Part shown: one piece after another, positions 9,860 to 18,425 of the stretch
How positions within the stretch are numbered: position 1 is the stretch's first letter
Layout of the letters: every line of letters starts with the position of its first letter
DNA from: Deferribacterales bacterium
GTDB taxonomy: Bacteria > Chrysiogenota > Deferribacteres > Deferribacterales > Geovibrionaceae
Direction: 5' to 3'
Assembly: GCA_050251945.1 (NCBI GenBank)
Contig: JBFWLW010000004.1
Coordinates: forward strand, 64,001 to 128,000
Length of the DNA: 64,000 nt
The notes under the pieces: model-generated
Seen by the model: the letters and a program-made list of their open reading frames with translations, nothing else
The model's database searches: none
What the model was told of the DNA's origin: nothing
Translations under genes and position numbers: made by a program

Positions 9860-10281
9860 TCACCGCCTTTGAGGGCTTTATCAATAGCTTTATGCGATTC
9901 ACTATCAAGGTCGTGCCCCTCAAAATCCCTCACGAACTCCAATGCCTCCCGCATCCGTGCGTTGTCAGCTCCGAGCTTGATTTTCTCTTCCTGTAAAGTA
10001 ATGTTATAATCAACAAACTCGCCTAACTCAGAATGTTCTATAATGTCGTTCAACTGAACCTTTTCCTCTTCCAGTTCCGCCAGCCGTGCTTTAAGCGCGG
10101 CGTTCTCGGTGGCGAGTGCGTCCTCGACGGGGCGATTATTGACAAGTTCTAAGGCTTGTTCCTCGGTATGAATATAATCACTGATGTAACTGCATTTAAA
10201 GCAATTAACCCACCAGTAATTGTTGTTTCGCTCAATTTTTAATTTACCCCCGCAAAATGGGCATGGTTTAAGCTCGCTCAT
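9856..10281 (-). CDS. Lar family restriction alleviation protein
   Basis: N-terminal ELKPCPFCGG...CFKC. Confidence 0.75.
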   Translation of the reverse strand: MSELKPCPFCGGKLKIERNNNYWWVNCFKCSYISDYIHTEEQALELVNNRPVEDALATENAALKARLAELEEEKVQLNDIIEHSELGEFVDYNITLQEEKIKLGADNARMREALEFVRDFEGHDLDSESHKAIDKALKGGE

Positions 10282-10466
10282 TTCGCACCTCCTGAGATTA
10301 TAAAACCCATGCTTAATATGCCTCCAAGAAAAGCTATAAATCCTATAATAAAAGAAATCCTCTTATGCCTGTAGTCGAACGGAGGATTATGAGGATCGAT
10401 AAAACGCCCATTATAATATATACGGGGTGTCGGTGGTGTTGGGTGCTGTTCTGTGTTTTTGCTCAT
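10278..10466 (-). CDS. Small membrane protein
   Basis: 62 aa, C-terminal hydrophobic helix, coupled stop/start. Confidence 0.55.
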   Translation of the reverse strand: MSKNTEQHPTPPTPRIYYNGRFIDPHNPPFDYRHKRISFIIGFIAFLGGILSMGFIISGGAK

Positions 10467-10618
10467 TTCGCACCGTCCATGATTCCGAATTTTTCTTTCA
10501 GGAATTTAGTTACCGATTCAAATGTGTTAAATACTGAACCCTGAAGACCATAGCTGACGACAAAGCAATTAGACGCAGGAAAGTACCTGACTGTTATTTC
10601 AATATCCTCTCTACTCAT
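10463..10618 (-). CDS. Small hypothetical protein (51 aa, below the ORF-track cutoff)
   Basis: Manual translation MSREDIEITVRYFPASNCFVV...GAK; overlaps both neighbours. Confidence 0.5.
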   Translation of the reverse strand: MSREDIEITVRYFPASNCFVVSYGLQGSVFNTFESVTKFLKEKFGIMDGAK

Positions 10619-11144
10619 CCCCGTCCTCCGTGGTATGCGCTCTTTTCACACGTTCTATCGCCGCAATGGCGAGAGCGGCAATCTGTGTCATACGGCGGCA
10701 ATATTCGTCATGGTCCATGCTTTCTACACCGACTAAATTGTATGCTTTTTTATTGTAAAGATTTATGATTTCGCAAAAATCATCACAAGAGTGTTCATCG
10801 TCGTGGCTGTCTCCCCATTTTTCCCGCTGATGCTCACGTTCTTGTAATATTGCAGTAACGATTTCTTCATTTTCGATAAACGCTTTGATGTTTGGTTTAA
10901 ACTCAAGACATTTTTCGTTAAGGTCGAAAGCGTTTCTGAACATCGTTTCGTAGCCAAGAATGATTCCGTGAAATATCCCATCAACTATCCTGTTGTTCTT
11001 GTGCATAAAGTTTATAAAGTCATCAGCAACCAGCTTTCTATCGTCTGCTGACGCACGCTTAAACCTCATTGCGTGATTATTCAACGAGTGAATAACGTTT
11101 GATGCTTTAATCAAATCTTTTTCTTTAATTGCTACAATCTTCAT
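10611..11144 (-). CDS. Phage hypothetical protein
   Basis: C-terminal ERExQxEKWG..HDD..IAALAIAAIER motif common in phage early genes. Confidence 0.6.
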   Translation of the reverse strand: MKIVAIKEKDLIKASNVIHSLNNHAMRFKRASADDRKLVADDFINFMHKNNRIVDGIFHGIILGYETMFRNAFDLNEKCLEFKPNIKAFIENEEIVTAILQEREHQREKWGDSHDDEHSCDDFCEIINLYNKKAYNLVGVESMDHDEYCRRMTQIAALAIAAIERVKRAHTTEDGDE

Positions 11145-12018
11145 CGTCTATGCCCTCTTTTTCATTCGCCGCCTCGATGTCGTCAAGATGCAATTGGTAT
11201 GCTTCGTAAAGCGTTGCCTTCGCCTCGTCCGGTGCAATATGGGTTCCCGCTATGACTATCTCTGCCTTATGGCGCACCCTTGCGGCTATCAGGTCGATTT
11301 CTTCGGTTGCCTGCTCTTCAAAGCTCTTGCCAGATACTTTGAGTTTGCCTGCGAAGTTTTCCTCAAGCACAGCCTTTAAAAAGTCCCTCACTGCGTCTTT
11401 GTGCAGACTGCCTTTGCCGTGTCCCATAGAAACGGATATATCAATTTTCAGCCCCGAAAGAGTTTCCAGCATCTTGAAGTTTTCGCCGATCTCGCTGTTG
11501 AGAATGTTACCGACAAAATCAGCCGCCGGTGCTTCGATAGAGAGGTTGACCTTGCGGAATATCTCCCAATTCAAGACCTGCGTGTATGCGTCATAGCGAT
11601 AAAGCGGGTGTGTGCCTGCCGATGCGTCCCCGGAAAGCCAGCGCACAAAGTCCGAAAAGTTCGACGCTCTGCCGCCGAGCGTCAGGATGCACCCGTTTTC
11701 TGTGTCGATAAGCCCATAGCTGACATCACCGAGGGAATCGGGCGATTCGACAGCCTCTTGAATTTCGCCTTCTCGGTTGAAGCGGACGGGAAGAAATATC
11801 TTTTCCTTAACGATGCCTACAAGATGGAGCGTTCTGTCTGAAAGTTTGATAGGTTCGTAAACTTTAAACATGAGTTCACAGCCTTTTCCATCAAAAAAGC
11901 CATAGTCCATGCCGCCTGACGACAGCATTTCCAGTTTGAAATCCATATCCTGATAAAAGGTGTCCACTGCGGATTCCAGTTTGTAAAAGTTGATTGTTAC
12001 GTTTTTGCGTTCTGCCAT
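11125..12018 (-). CDS. Possible DUF6731/RexA-RdgC-like protein
   Basis: 297 aa; length and N-terminal VTINFY and C-terminal EIDLI pattern resemble this group. Confidence 0.4.
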   Translation of the reverse strand: MAERKNVTINFYKLESAVDTFYQDMDFKLEMLSSGGMDYGFFDGKGCELMFKVYEPIKLSDRTLHLVGIVKEKIFLPVRFNREGEIQEAVESPDSLGDVSYGLIDTENGCILTLGGRASNFSDFVRWLSGDASAGTHPLYRYDAYTQVLNWEIFRKVNLSIEAPAADFVGNILNSEIGENFKMLETLSGLKIDISVSMGHGKGSLHKDAVRDFLKAVLEENFAGKLKVSGKSFEEQATEEIDLIAARVRHKAEIVIAGTHIAPDEAKATLYEAYQLHLDDIEAANEKEGIDDEDCSN

Positions 12019-12400
12019 TTAAGCACCTTTCTTTGTTTTTTTATTTCCGAGGTCGTCCTCAACAGGCGGCGTCCATGTATTTTGAAAATACACACGAACT
12101 TGTTCTATCTTGTCGTTTGATACCCCCCCCCTGCTGGAGATGTTCAAAGTTTTTCCAGTATTTTTCAGGGAGCGGTTCACAGTAACCTGAACAGCTTCCC
12201 CATCCTCGAATAAGTCCTGCCCTTGTAAAAGAGGGCATTCTTTGAAAGATGGCAAGCCCCTCATATCCGGCTCTTTTTGTCCATGCCACATAAGCCAAAT
12301 GCCCCTGTTCAGGCTTAGGTCTGCCGAGCTTCATGTCAACGTAGCCATAGGGCTGATTCGGGATCGTTATCTGTTTAAGTTCTTCTGCTACTTCTGCCAT
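12019..12400 (-). CDS. Phage hypothetical protein, apparently frameshifted at a G9 tract
   Basis: RBS + ATG at 12400; G9 at 12123-12131; the alternative frame ends TAA directly before the next ATG. Confidence 0.5.
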
Positions 12401-12404
12401 GTCG

Positions 12405-12938
12405 TTACTCCTGTATGATGTAATATCGTGTGTTTCTTGTTTGGATGATTGAATCTTTAATGCTAATGACAATGCTTGTGCGCGCATATGCTCCATCTTC
12501 AGCTCTTCTTTTCCTGTCGGAATATATACGCCCTTCGGCTTTTTGTCCTACCGTTGGGAAGTCTGAAACAACGAGTATTGCGTCATAATGTGCGTCTTTA
12601 AGACAATCAATATTGCTCTTTTCCGAATCGTTATGGGAAGCATTAAGAGCCTTTTTAAGTTCCACTATTTCTTGCTCAAGCTCGGCATAAAGCGGTCTCC
12701 TTACTTTGCCGGAGCGGTAAAACCGCGGTGATTTCTTTTCTGGGACAGGCTTTATGTATTCAAAAAGGTTTCCATTGCGTATCATAGCCGCTATCACCGT
12801 CCCCTGCATGTTGAGAACTACGGCAGCAGGCTTGATTATCCCATTGTTAAAAACTACCGCTCTTTTCTGTTCAGCAAGTTCCGCAAGTCTCTCAAGAGAG
12901 GTTACTTTTGGTTTTTCGTGTTTCATTATGTTTGTCAT
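12405..12938 (-). CDS. Phage hypothetical protein
   Basis: ORF with RBS; C-terminal RTSIV..IQTRNTRY motif. Confidence 0.6.
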   Translation of the reverse strand: MTNIMKHEKPKVTSLERLAELAEQKRAVVFNNGIIKPAAVVLNMQGTVIAAMIRNGNLFEYIKPVPEKKSPRFYRSGKVRRPLYAELEQEIVELKKALNASHNDSEKSNIDCLKDAHYDAILVVSDFPTVGQKAEGRIYSDRKRRAEDGAYARTSIVISIKDSIIQTRNTRYYIIQE

Positions 12939-12990
12939 AGAACCCTCGTATTTTCCTGCGTCTTCCCCCGCCCCAGAACGAGGCGGGAGG

Positions 12991-13284
12991 CTATTCAAAC
13001 GAAACTAAAAGATCAGTCAGTGCGTTATTCATTGACTTGATGCGTGAAAAATATGCGTCATATTGAGCAAGTTTGCGGCGAACCTTACCTTCATTCTCTT
13101 CAGCTTCTGCTCTCATCCTGCGGGCATATGCGAGATCAGATTCAAGAGCGGAACAATAATCACACTTTTCATGCTCAGTTTTTTCACTTTTTTCCTGTAA
13201 ATACTGCAAAACGATTTCATCGATTTGTTCCTTGATGTAATTTGCAACATTTTCATCTGGGACCACTATATTAATAGTAACCAT
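12991..13284 (-). CDS. Phage hypothetical protein
   Basis: 97 aa, GGAGG RBS, CxxC plus coiled coil. Confidence 0.6.
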   Translation of the reverse strand: MVTINIVVPDENVANYIKEQIDEIVLQYLQEKSEKTEHEKCDYCSALESDLAYARRMRAEAEENEGKVRRKLAQYDAYFSRIKSMNNALTDLLVSFE

Positions 13285-13292
13285 AAATCCTC

Positions 13293-13970
13293 CTATAATA
13301 TGTAAACGGGTATTCCGGTTTCGTCCTCTACAGTCCGCTGAAACAGCGGAGCATCGGAATTGCCAGCCGAGAGATGCAGTAGATGTATTTCTTTCACTCT
13401 CGACATGTCGTTTGCCTTGAGCAATTCAAGGCATGTTTCAAGGCTCATGTGTGTTTCCATCAGCCTTTTCCTGCGTGCCGGCTCAAGCTCGGTTATAAGT
13501 TCAAGGCTGTGGTTACACTCAACAGCAACCATTGTCAGACCTTTGAATCGATATTTGATGTAGTGCGTATCTGTTGCAAACATCAGTTTATCTATTCCGT
13601 CTGTTATAAGGAATCCGAGCGGTTCTTTGCAGTCATGCTCCACCGCAAAAGGCAATACAGTGAAGCATCCGACACGAAACTGATTTCCGGCTGTGACTAT
13701 ATTAAGTCTATGTCCAGAAAGTCCGAGCGCAGCCGCCGTTCCAGCAGAAGTATAAAGCTCTACGCCAGCCTTCATGATTTCTTTACACGCTTTCGCATGG
13801 TCTTGGTGTTCGTGGGTAACGAGACAGCCCGAGATTCCCGACAAGCTGAAATCAAGATGCTTCTTGATGCTCGCTATGGATAATCCCGCTTCAATCATGA
13901 TTTTTGTTGTTTGGCTCTGTACGGTGTAAAGATTACCCGCAGAAGAGCTGGCGTATTGCTTAAATGTCAT
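13293..13970 (-). CDS. MBL-fold metallo-hydrolase (putative exonuclease partner of RecT)
   Basis: THEHQDH, HD, ATDT, ECNH and HLS motifs. Confidence 0.88.
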   Translation of the reverse strand: MTFKQYASSSAGNLYTVQSQTTKIMIEAGLSIASIKKHLDFSLSGISGCLVTHEHQDHAKACKEIMKAGVELYTSAGTAAALGLSGHRLNIVTAGNQFRVGCFTVLPFAVEHDCKEPLGFLITDGIDKLMFATDTHYIKYRFKGLTMVAVECNHSLELITELEPARRKRLMETHMSLETCLELLKANDMSRVKEIHLLHLSAGNSDAPLFQRTVEDETGIPVYIL

Positions 13971-14809
13971 CAGTAGGGGTCTTCCTCTGTGTTGTTTTCA
14001 GGAATAACTGTTCCGTCGATTACTGTTTGTACATCGTCTGAACCGTGTTTGATGGGGGAGGTTTCCTGAATATCGATAACGTCAGACTTATTGGCTTTTT
14101 GCCGAGACTCAGCGTAAGGATCATTCACATAGTCGCTGTCACCTGCGAAGGCATTAGCCATCTCAATGCTCATTGGTGCATATTTTGAGAACAAAGCCCT
14201 GATGGGCGTTTTCAGAGCCATACTGTCGAAGTCGGTTTTCCATGCCGAACTTGCAAATTTATAGCTGGGAGAGTATTTTTCTGCATGAGCAATTACGTCT
14301 TCTCTTGTCATGTAAAGGCATTTTTCAAATCCATTCAGGAGTTGAAAATATGCGAAATATCCAGCGATATTGTCACTCTTTTTCTGTCCCGAAAGGTCAA
14401 CCTCCCCCGTCAGTTTGAATGTTCTCGAAAGCTCGCCTTCGTAAACGACATCGGCATTTATAAAGCGGTAAAGACCTGTCCTTTGGGCAAGTTGAATATA
14501 TCCTCTGTAGCCCATGATAAATGTGGGAACCTTTTTATACGCAACGACATAAGCGAATCCGAGCGATTTTTCTATCGGGAGACCAAGCACCGCGGCTTTC
14601 ATACCCTCTTTGATAACATCTCCAGGCTCACACTCCTGAAGGTATTTGTCGTTAGAAAACAGATTCAGAAGAGATGTAGCGAACAGGGCGGATTTTTCGC
14701 CAAGTGCTTTTCTGAACTCGTCCTTTACAGAATCGGCATCGAGAATCATCTTGAATTTTTTGGTTATCGCGTTTGCAGTCGGTGTTTCTGCTATTACTGT
14801 TCCTGCCAT
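13970..14809 (-). CDS. recT: RecT family single-strand annealing recombinase
   Basis: LGFAYVVAY, MGYRGYIQLAQRTG and W..DFDSMALKT motifs. Confidence 0.9.
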   Translation of the reverse strand: MAGTVIAETPTANAITKKFKMILDADSVKDEFRKALGEKSALFATSLLNLFSNDKYLQECEPGDVIKEGMKAAVLGLPIEKSLGFAYVVAYKKVPTFIMGYRGYIQLAQRTGLYRFINADVVYEGELSRTFKLTGEVDLSGQKKSDNIAGYFAYFQLLNGFEKCLYMTREDVIAHAEKYSPSYKFASSAWKTDFDSMALKTPIRALFSKYAPMSIEMANAFAGDSDYVNDPYAESRQKANKSDVIDIQETSPIKHGSDDVQTVIDGTVIPENNTEEDPY

Positions 14810-16665
14810 TATGCCACCTCCAGTGTTTTTGCGTTTGCGTCAACAATCAGCTTTACGAGCTGGGTGTCTATTTCGATGAATCTTGTCACGGCTTCGGAGT
14901 TATCAATAAACACCGGAGCTTGCATTTTGTAGTGTTTTGAAAGTGTGTCTACGATATCCAGCCCGACGTTAATTTCTGCGCCACGGTTAAGCCCGTAACC
15001 GTAAGGAACGCCGTCAAACAGGGTGACGCAGACCTCATTGATACCGCCGTTGACCTGTTGCTCAAAAAGTTTGAAACGTGCGTATTTGAATTTCTCGTTG
15101 ATGCGTTTTTCCAGCATGGAGACTTTTGTTACAACGAACCTGTCTATAAGGAAGAGCGTTTTATCAGTCTTTTCGAGCATAGCCGCGAGTTCCCTTTCTC
15201 TGCTGCGGAGATCGTCAATTTGCACAAGAACCTTGTCTCTGTGCTTTGCGTTCGCGATTTTCTCGTTGACTGCTTTAATCTCTCTTTCCATTTCGGAGGT
15301 ATCAGCGGGTTTGTTTGCCGCAATTTCTGCGTCAAGTTCGGCAAGTCCCGCTTTGATGGCTTCAAGACGTGCGGGCTTGGCAGGAAGCGTAACATTCTCC
15401 AGCGCCGCCTTGGCTTCGTCGGCACTCTTAGTCAGTCTTTCGATTTCTGCGTCAAGTTCGGCAAGTTCCGCTTTGATGGCTTCGCTCTCAGTGATTAATA
15501 GGTCTAGCTCCGCTTTAACAGCTTTCCCGTTTTCAGCATTTGCCTCAAGACCTGCGTTCATTTTGCGCAGGACTTCGGCTTTTGTGGCATTGATTTTATC
15601 TTCTGGTAGAACCTGCCCGCAAGTCGGGCAATCCGTGTCAACAGTGACAGGCTCTTTCAGTTTTTGACGCTCCGCGCGGAGATTTTCGAGTTTTGCCTGT
15701 TTTTCAGAAACCCTTTGCTCGGCAGTCGCAAGTTTTCTTGAAATATCGCTTCTTTTTGATGTGGCGGCATTAACGAGGTTGCGGGCGTTGCCGACAGCCG
15801 TCTGCGCGGCATCTTTTGTCTTTGTGCAGTTGCGTTCATGCTCATACATGAGTTTATCGATTTCGTGCGAAAGTTCTGTTTTTTGGGCGACAAGCTCCGA
15901 AATTCCGCCTGTTGCTTTTGCTGCCTCGATGCGGTTTTCAAGGTTTTCTGCCTCTTTTTTCAGATTAGGAATAGAGTAGTCGCGGTATTCAACAATAGAC
16001 GCTGAAAGTGAATCTATGCGCGCTGGTATTTGCTCTATTTCGTCGTTTGCTTTTTTTCTGTCTGCAAGAAGGACTTTCTTTTCATCATCAAGTTTGCGCT
16101 CAACCCCAGCAAGAGTTGCAAGTTCGGGATTAGAAGCTATTACCTCCGCGTCCGAAAGGTCGCCGACAACTTCCATAAGAATGTCGCGACGCGCGGTCCA
16201 GTGCAGAGCATTGAACGCGGTAACGGATGTGATAAGCCCAAATTTCTTCGTGTCTATGCGCTCGTCCAGCCATTTCTGAAACTCAGTCTGGTTGTGCGGT
16301 ACGCCGTCGATAGTATAGTTAGTTTCATGTCCTTTCATCTCTGACACGCTTGAACCGCGTTGCTTGACCCATTTCTCGATCATGGTGCGGGTAAGCGTGA
16401 CGGGTGAACCGTCAATGTCCAGAACAGCTTCAATAGAGTGTTCGAGACCGTGGACTATTTTTCCGTCTTCCAGCCTTTTTATCTGGAAATCAGCTTTGCC
16501 GTTACTATCCTTCCCAAACAGGAGCCATGAAAAAGCATCCACTATGGTTGTTTTTCCAGTTGCGTTGTCTCCGTGTATCTCGGTGACATTGTCATTGAAC
16601 GTCAGTGAAAGACTGCGGATGCCTTTAAAGTTCCGCATTGAAAGAGACTTGAGAATTATTCTCAT
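14809..16665 (-). CDS. Rad50/SbcC-like AAA ATPase
   Basis: Walker A GDNATGKT, coiled coil with CPTCG hook, Walker B VFIDNSE. Confidence 0.88.
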   Translation of the reverse strand: MRIILKSLSMRNFKGIRSLSLTFNDNVTEIHGDNATGKTTIVDAFSWLLFGKDSNGKADFQIKRLEDGKIVHGLEHSIEAVLDIDGSPVTLTRTMIEKWVKQRGSSVSEMKGHETNYTIDGVPHNQTEFQKWLDERIDTKKFGLITSVTAFNALHWTARRDILMEVVGDLSDAEVIASNPELATLAGVERKLDDEKKVLLADRKKANDEIEQIPARIDSLSASIVEYRDYSIPNLKKEAENLENRIEAAKATGGISELVAQKTELSHEIDKLMYEHERNCTKTKDAAQTAVGNARNLVNAATSKRSDISRKLATAEQRVSEKQAKLENLRAERQKLKEPVTVDTDCPTCGQVLPEDKINATKAEVLRKMNAGLEANAENGKAVKAELDLLITESEAIKAELAELDAEIERLTKSADEAKAALENVTLPAKPARLEAIKAGLAELDAEIAANKPADTSEMEREIKAVNEKIANAKHRDKVLVQIDDLRSRERELAAMLEKTDKTLFLIDRFVVTKVSMLEKRINEKFKYARFKLFEQQVNGGINEVCVTLFDGVPYGYGLNRGAEINVGLDIVDTLSKHYKMQAPVFIDNSEAVTRFIEIDTQLVKLIVDANAKTLEVA

Positions 16666-16694
16666 ATATAATTTACCTCCTTAATATAAACATA

Positions 16695-16767
16695 TGCGGG
16701 TAGGGGGATTTGAACCCGCGACCTCCTGTTCCCAAAACAGGCGCGCTACCAACTGCGCTATACCCAC
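16695..16767 (-). tRNA. Phage-encoded tRNA-Pro(TGG), atypical G1:C72
   Basis: RC: GTGGGTA-TA-GCGC...CCTGT-TTTGGGA-ACAGG...GCGGG-TTCAAAT-CCCCC-TACCCGC-A; one T-stem mismatch. Confidence 0.82.
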
Positions 16768-16770
16768 TTT

Positions 16771-16897
16771 CTACAGAGAGCCGACCAAAGGAATCGAACC
16801 TTGAAAGAACCTAGTAGCTGGCTCGCATGCGGTTATTCCGTACCAGCGTGTTCTTTTTCCACTCGCCATTACGTTGATGGCTTTCGGCTCTCTATAG
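16771..16897 (-). ncRNA. Candidate tRNA-like structured RNA
   Basis: 14-bp closing stem, internal hairpins, AAGG-TTCGATT-CCTT T-arm; abuts the phage tRNA. Confidence 0.55.
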
Positions 16898-17058
16898 AGG
16901 GGCGGTTCAGGTTTCCGCCCCAAAACTTCTTAAAAACAAGTGGCTTTATCTTACTTTTCTGATTAATTTTATTACTACCCGTCGCCGGGGCATGGTCGGG
17001 TGATGAAGCCGCCATAGTTGCCGTGGTCTGCTAAACCGTTAAGCCGTCACCTCCTGCT

Positions 17059-17244
17059 TTATATGAACTCTACGTCGCCGTATGTTTTCTTTGCCCATGT
17101 CTGAAAGTCTTCCGTAACTTCACCCTTCGCCTTCAGCGTCGCATGATGGAGTAGGTTCGGCAGAAGCATCACGCAACGACCGTCAGCCGTGTTTGTCAAC
17201 GGTTTCTGCTTTTTTCGGAGAAACCGTATTATCTGTTTCAGCAT
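17059..17244 (-). CDS. Small phage hypothetical protein
   Basis: GGAGG RBS before ATG at 17244. Confidence 0.5.
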   Translation of the reverse strand: MLKQIIRFLRKKQKPLTNTADGRCVMLLPNLLHHATLKAKGEVTEDFQTWAKKTYGDVEFI

Positions 17245-17531
17245 TTTTAGCCTCCAACTTTGAAAGTCCTCTATCGGATACGAGATGTGATTCGTTCGCA
17301 AAATCAATCAGTTCCGCGTATCGCACCTTGTCTGTAGCTATCGAAATTAAGTGGTAAAGCACCTGCTTTTCGATTCTTTCATCTATACGCATCTTGAGGC
17401 TGCCGCACCAAAGAGGTATTGAAGCGAAATCAAGGTCTGCGCCGCTCAGGTCTGCGCCGCTCGCCGTCATCTTCATCTTCAAGCCACTTTTCGTGGTCGT
17501 CCAAAATCTTTCTTATTTCTTCAGGTGTCAT
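17183..17531 (-). pseudogene. Pentapeptide-repeat protein, frameshifted by repeat collapse
   Basis: MTPEEIRKILDDHEKWLEDEDDGER, then a frame change into ADLSGADLDFASIPLWCGS. Confidence 0.7.
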
Positions 17532-17640
17532 ACCGCCTCCTCATATTCTCTGAACTGGCTTCCGTGCGTACATCGTCCGCAAGCGCCGTTGTTGCACTGT
17601 TCGCAGTGCTGACACTGCTGTTTGATTGGTGTGTGGAGTT

Positions 17641-17838
17641 TCATGCGCCTACCTCCTCTTTCGGCTGAATCTTGTGTCCTATGGAAACGCAAACCCAACA
17701 CCTTGAGGTATGTGGGAGGCTTTTCTGAAACTCAGCAGACTCGACAGCTTTTGCCTGAGTGAACATTTTTTCTTGTTTCAAATGCTCTACTTCTTTCTTA
17801 GTCAGGTCTTTTGCCCATGTCGGGAGTTTTGCTCTCAT
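17641..17838 (-). CDS. First gene of the PL operon, hypothetical
   Basis: GGAGG RBS, CxxC, directly downstream of PL. Confidence 0.6.
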   Translation of the reverse strand: MRAKLPTWAKDLTKKEVEHLKQEKMFTQAKAVESAEFQKSLPHTSRCWVCVSIGHKIQPKEEVGA

Positions 17839-17856
17839 ATCGTCCTCCATGATGGG

Positions 17857-17908
17857 ATGATATAACATTACTGTTAGTCTGTCAACAGTAAATCTAACAG
17901 AAATGTTA
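17857..17908 (-). promoter_or_regulatory. PL promoter with two operators
   Basis: TTGACA-17-TATCAT on the minus strand; TAACA-N4-TGTTA at 17863-17876 and 17895-17908. Confidence 0.8.
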
Positions 17909-17975
17909 TTTATTTTTGCATTATTGTGGTTTGATTGTTTTAGTTATTGATATAGAAAGGAATTAAGATTGAAAA

Positions 17976-18413
17976 TTATTGAGATAAAAAGCGTAAAAGT
18001 TTGTTGATCTCTTTTTCTTTCATGTTTTCATAATTTACGGTGCCGTTGAACCCTTGTGATATGAGAATCTTTTTGCATATTTCTATTTTCTGATTTCTTG
18101 TGGGAATAATAATACTGAGAACAAAAACACTAAGATCATACAACTCGAGTGTTTTCTCGGGCTGCATAAAATCATTAAGTTCATTAAAAGAGATATTTAA
18201 ATGTGTCCGAGTAAATCTTTTAAGCCAGTTTTCAGATTTTCCAATACTTTTAAGTTGATTACGGATGCTTTGAATAGTGTCTTCTCTCCATAATCGTTCC
18301 AAAACAGATTGTGGAAGAAATTTACAGGTTTTACATTGAAATATATTTAGATTACCGCTATTTATACCAATCTGAATAGATTCGTTTCCTGAATTATCCT
18401 GATTTATAATCAT
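17976..18413 (-). CDS. Immunity-region accessory protein with N-terminal N-rich RHIM-like motif
   Basis: AT-rich ORF just downstream of the repressor; starts MIINQDNSGNESIQIGINSGNLN. Confidence 0.7.
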   Translation of the reverse strand: MIINQDNSGNESIQIGINSGNLNIFQCKTCKFLPQSVLERLWREDTIQSIRNQLKSIGKSENWLKRFTRTHLNISFNELNDFMQPEKTLELYDLSVFVLSIIIPTRNQKIEICKKILISQGFNGTVNYENMKEKEINKLLRFLSQ

Positions 18414-18425
18414 CAACACCAGTCA

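Noticed and set aside
15323..15483. ~40-bp direct repeat in the AAA ATPase
   Set aside because: In-frame coiled-coil duplication (EAIKAxLAELDAEI)
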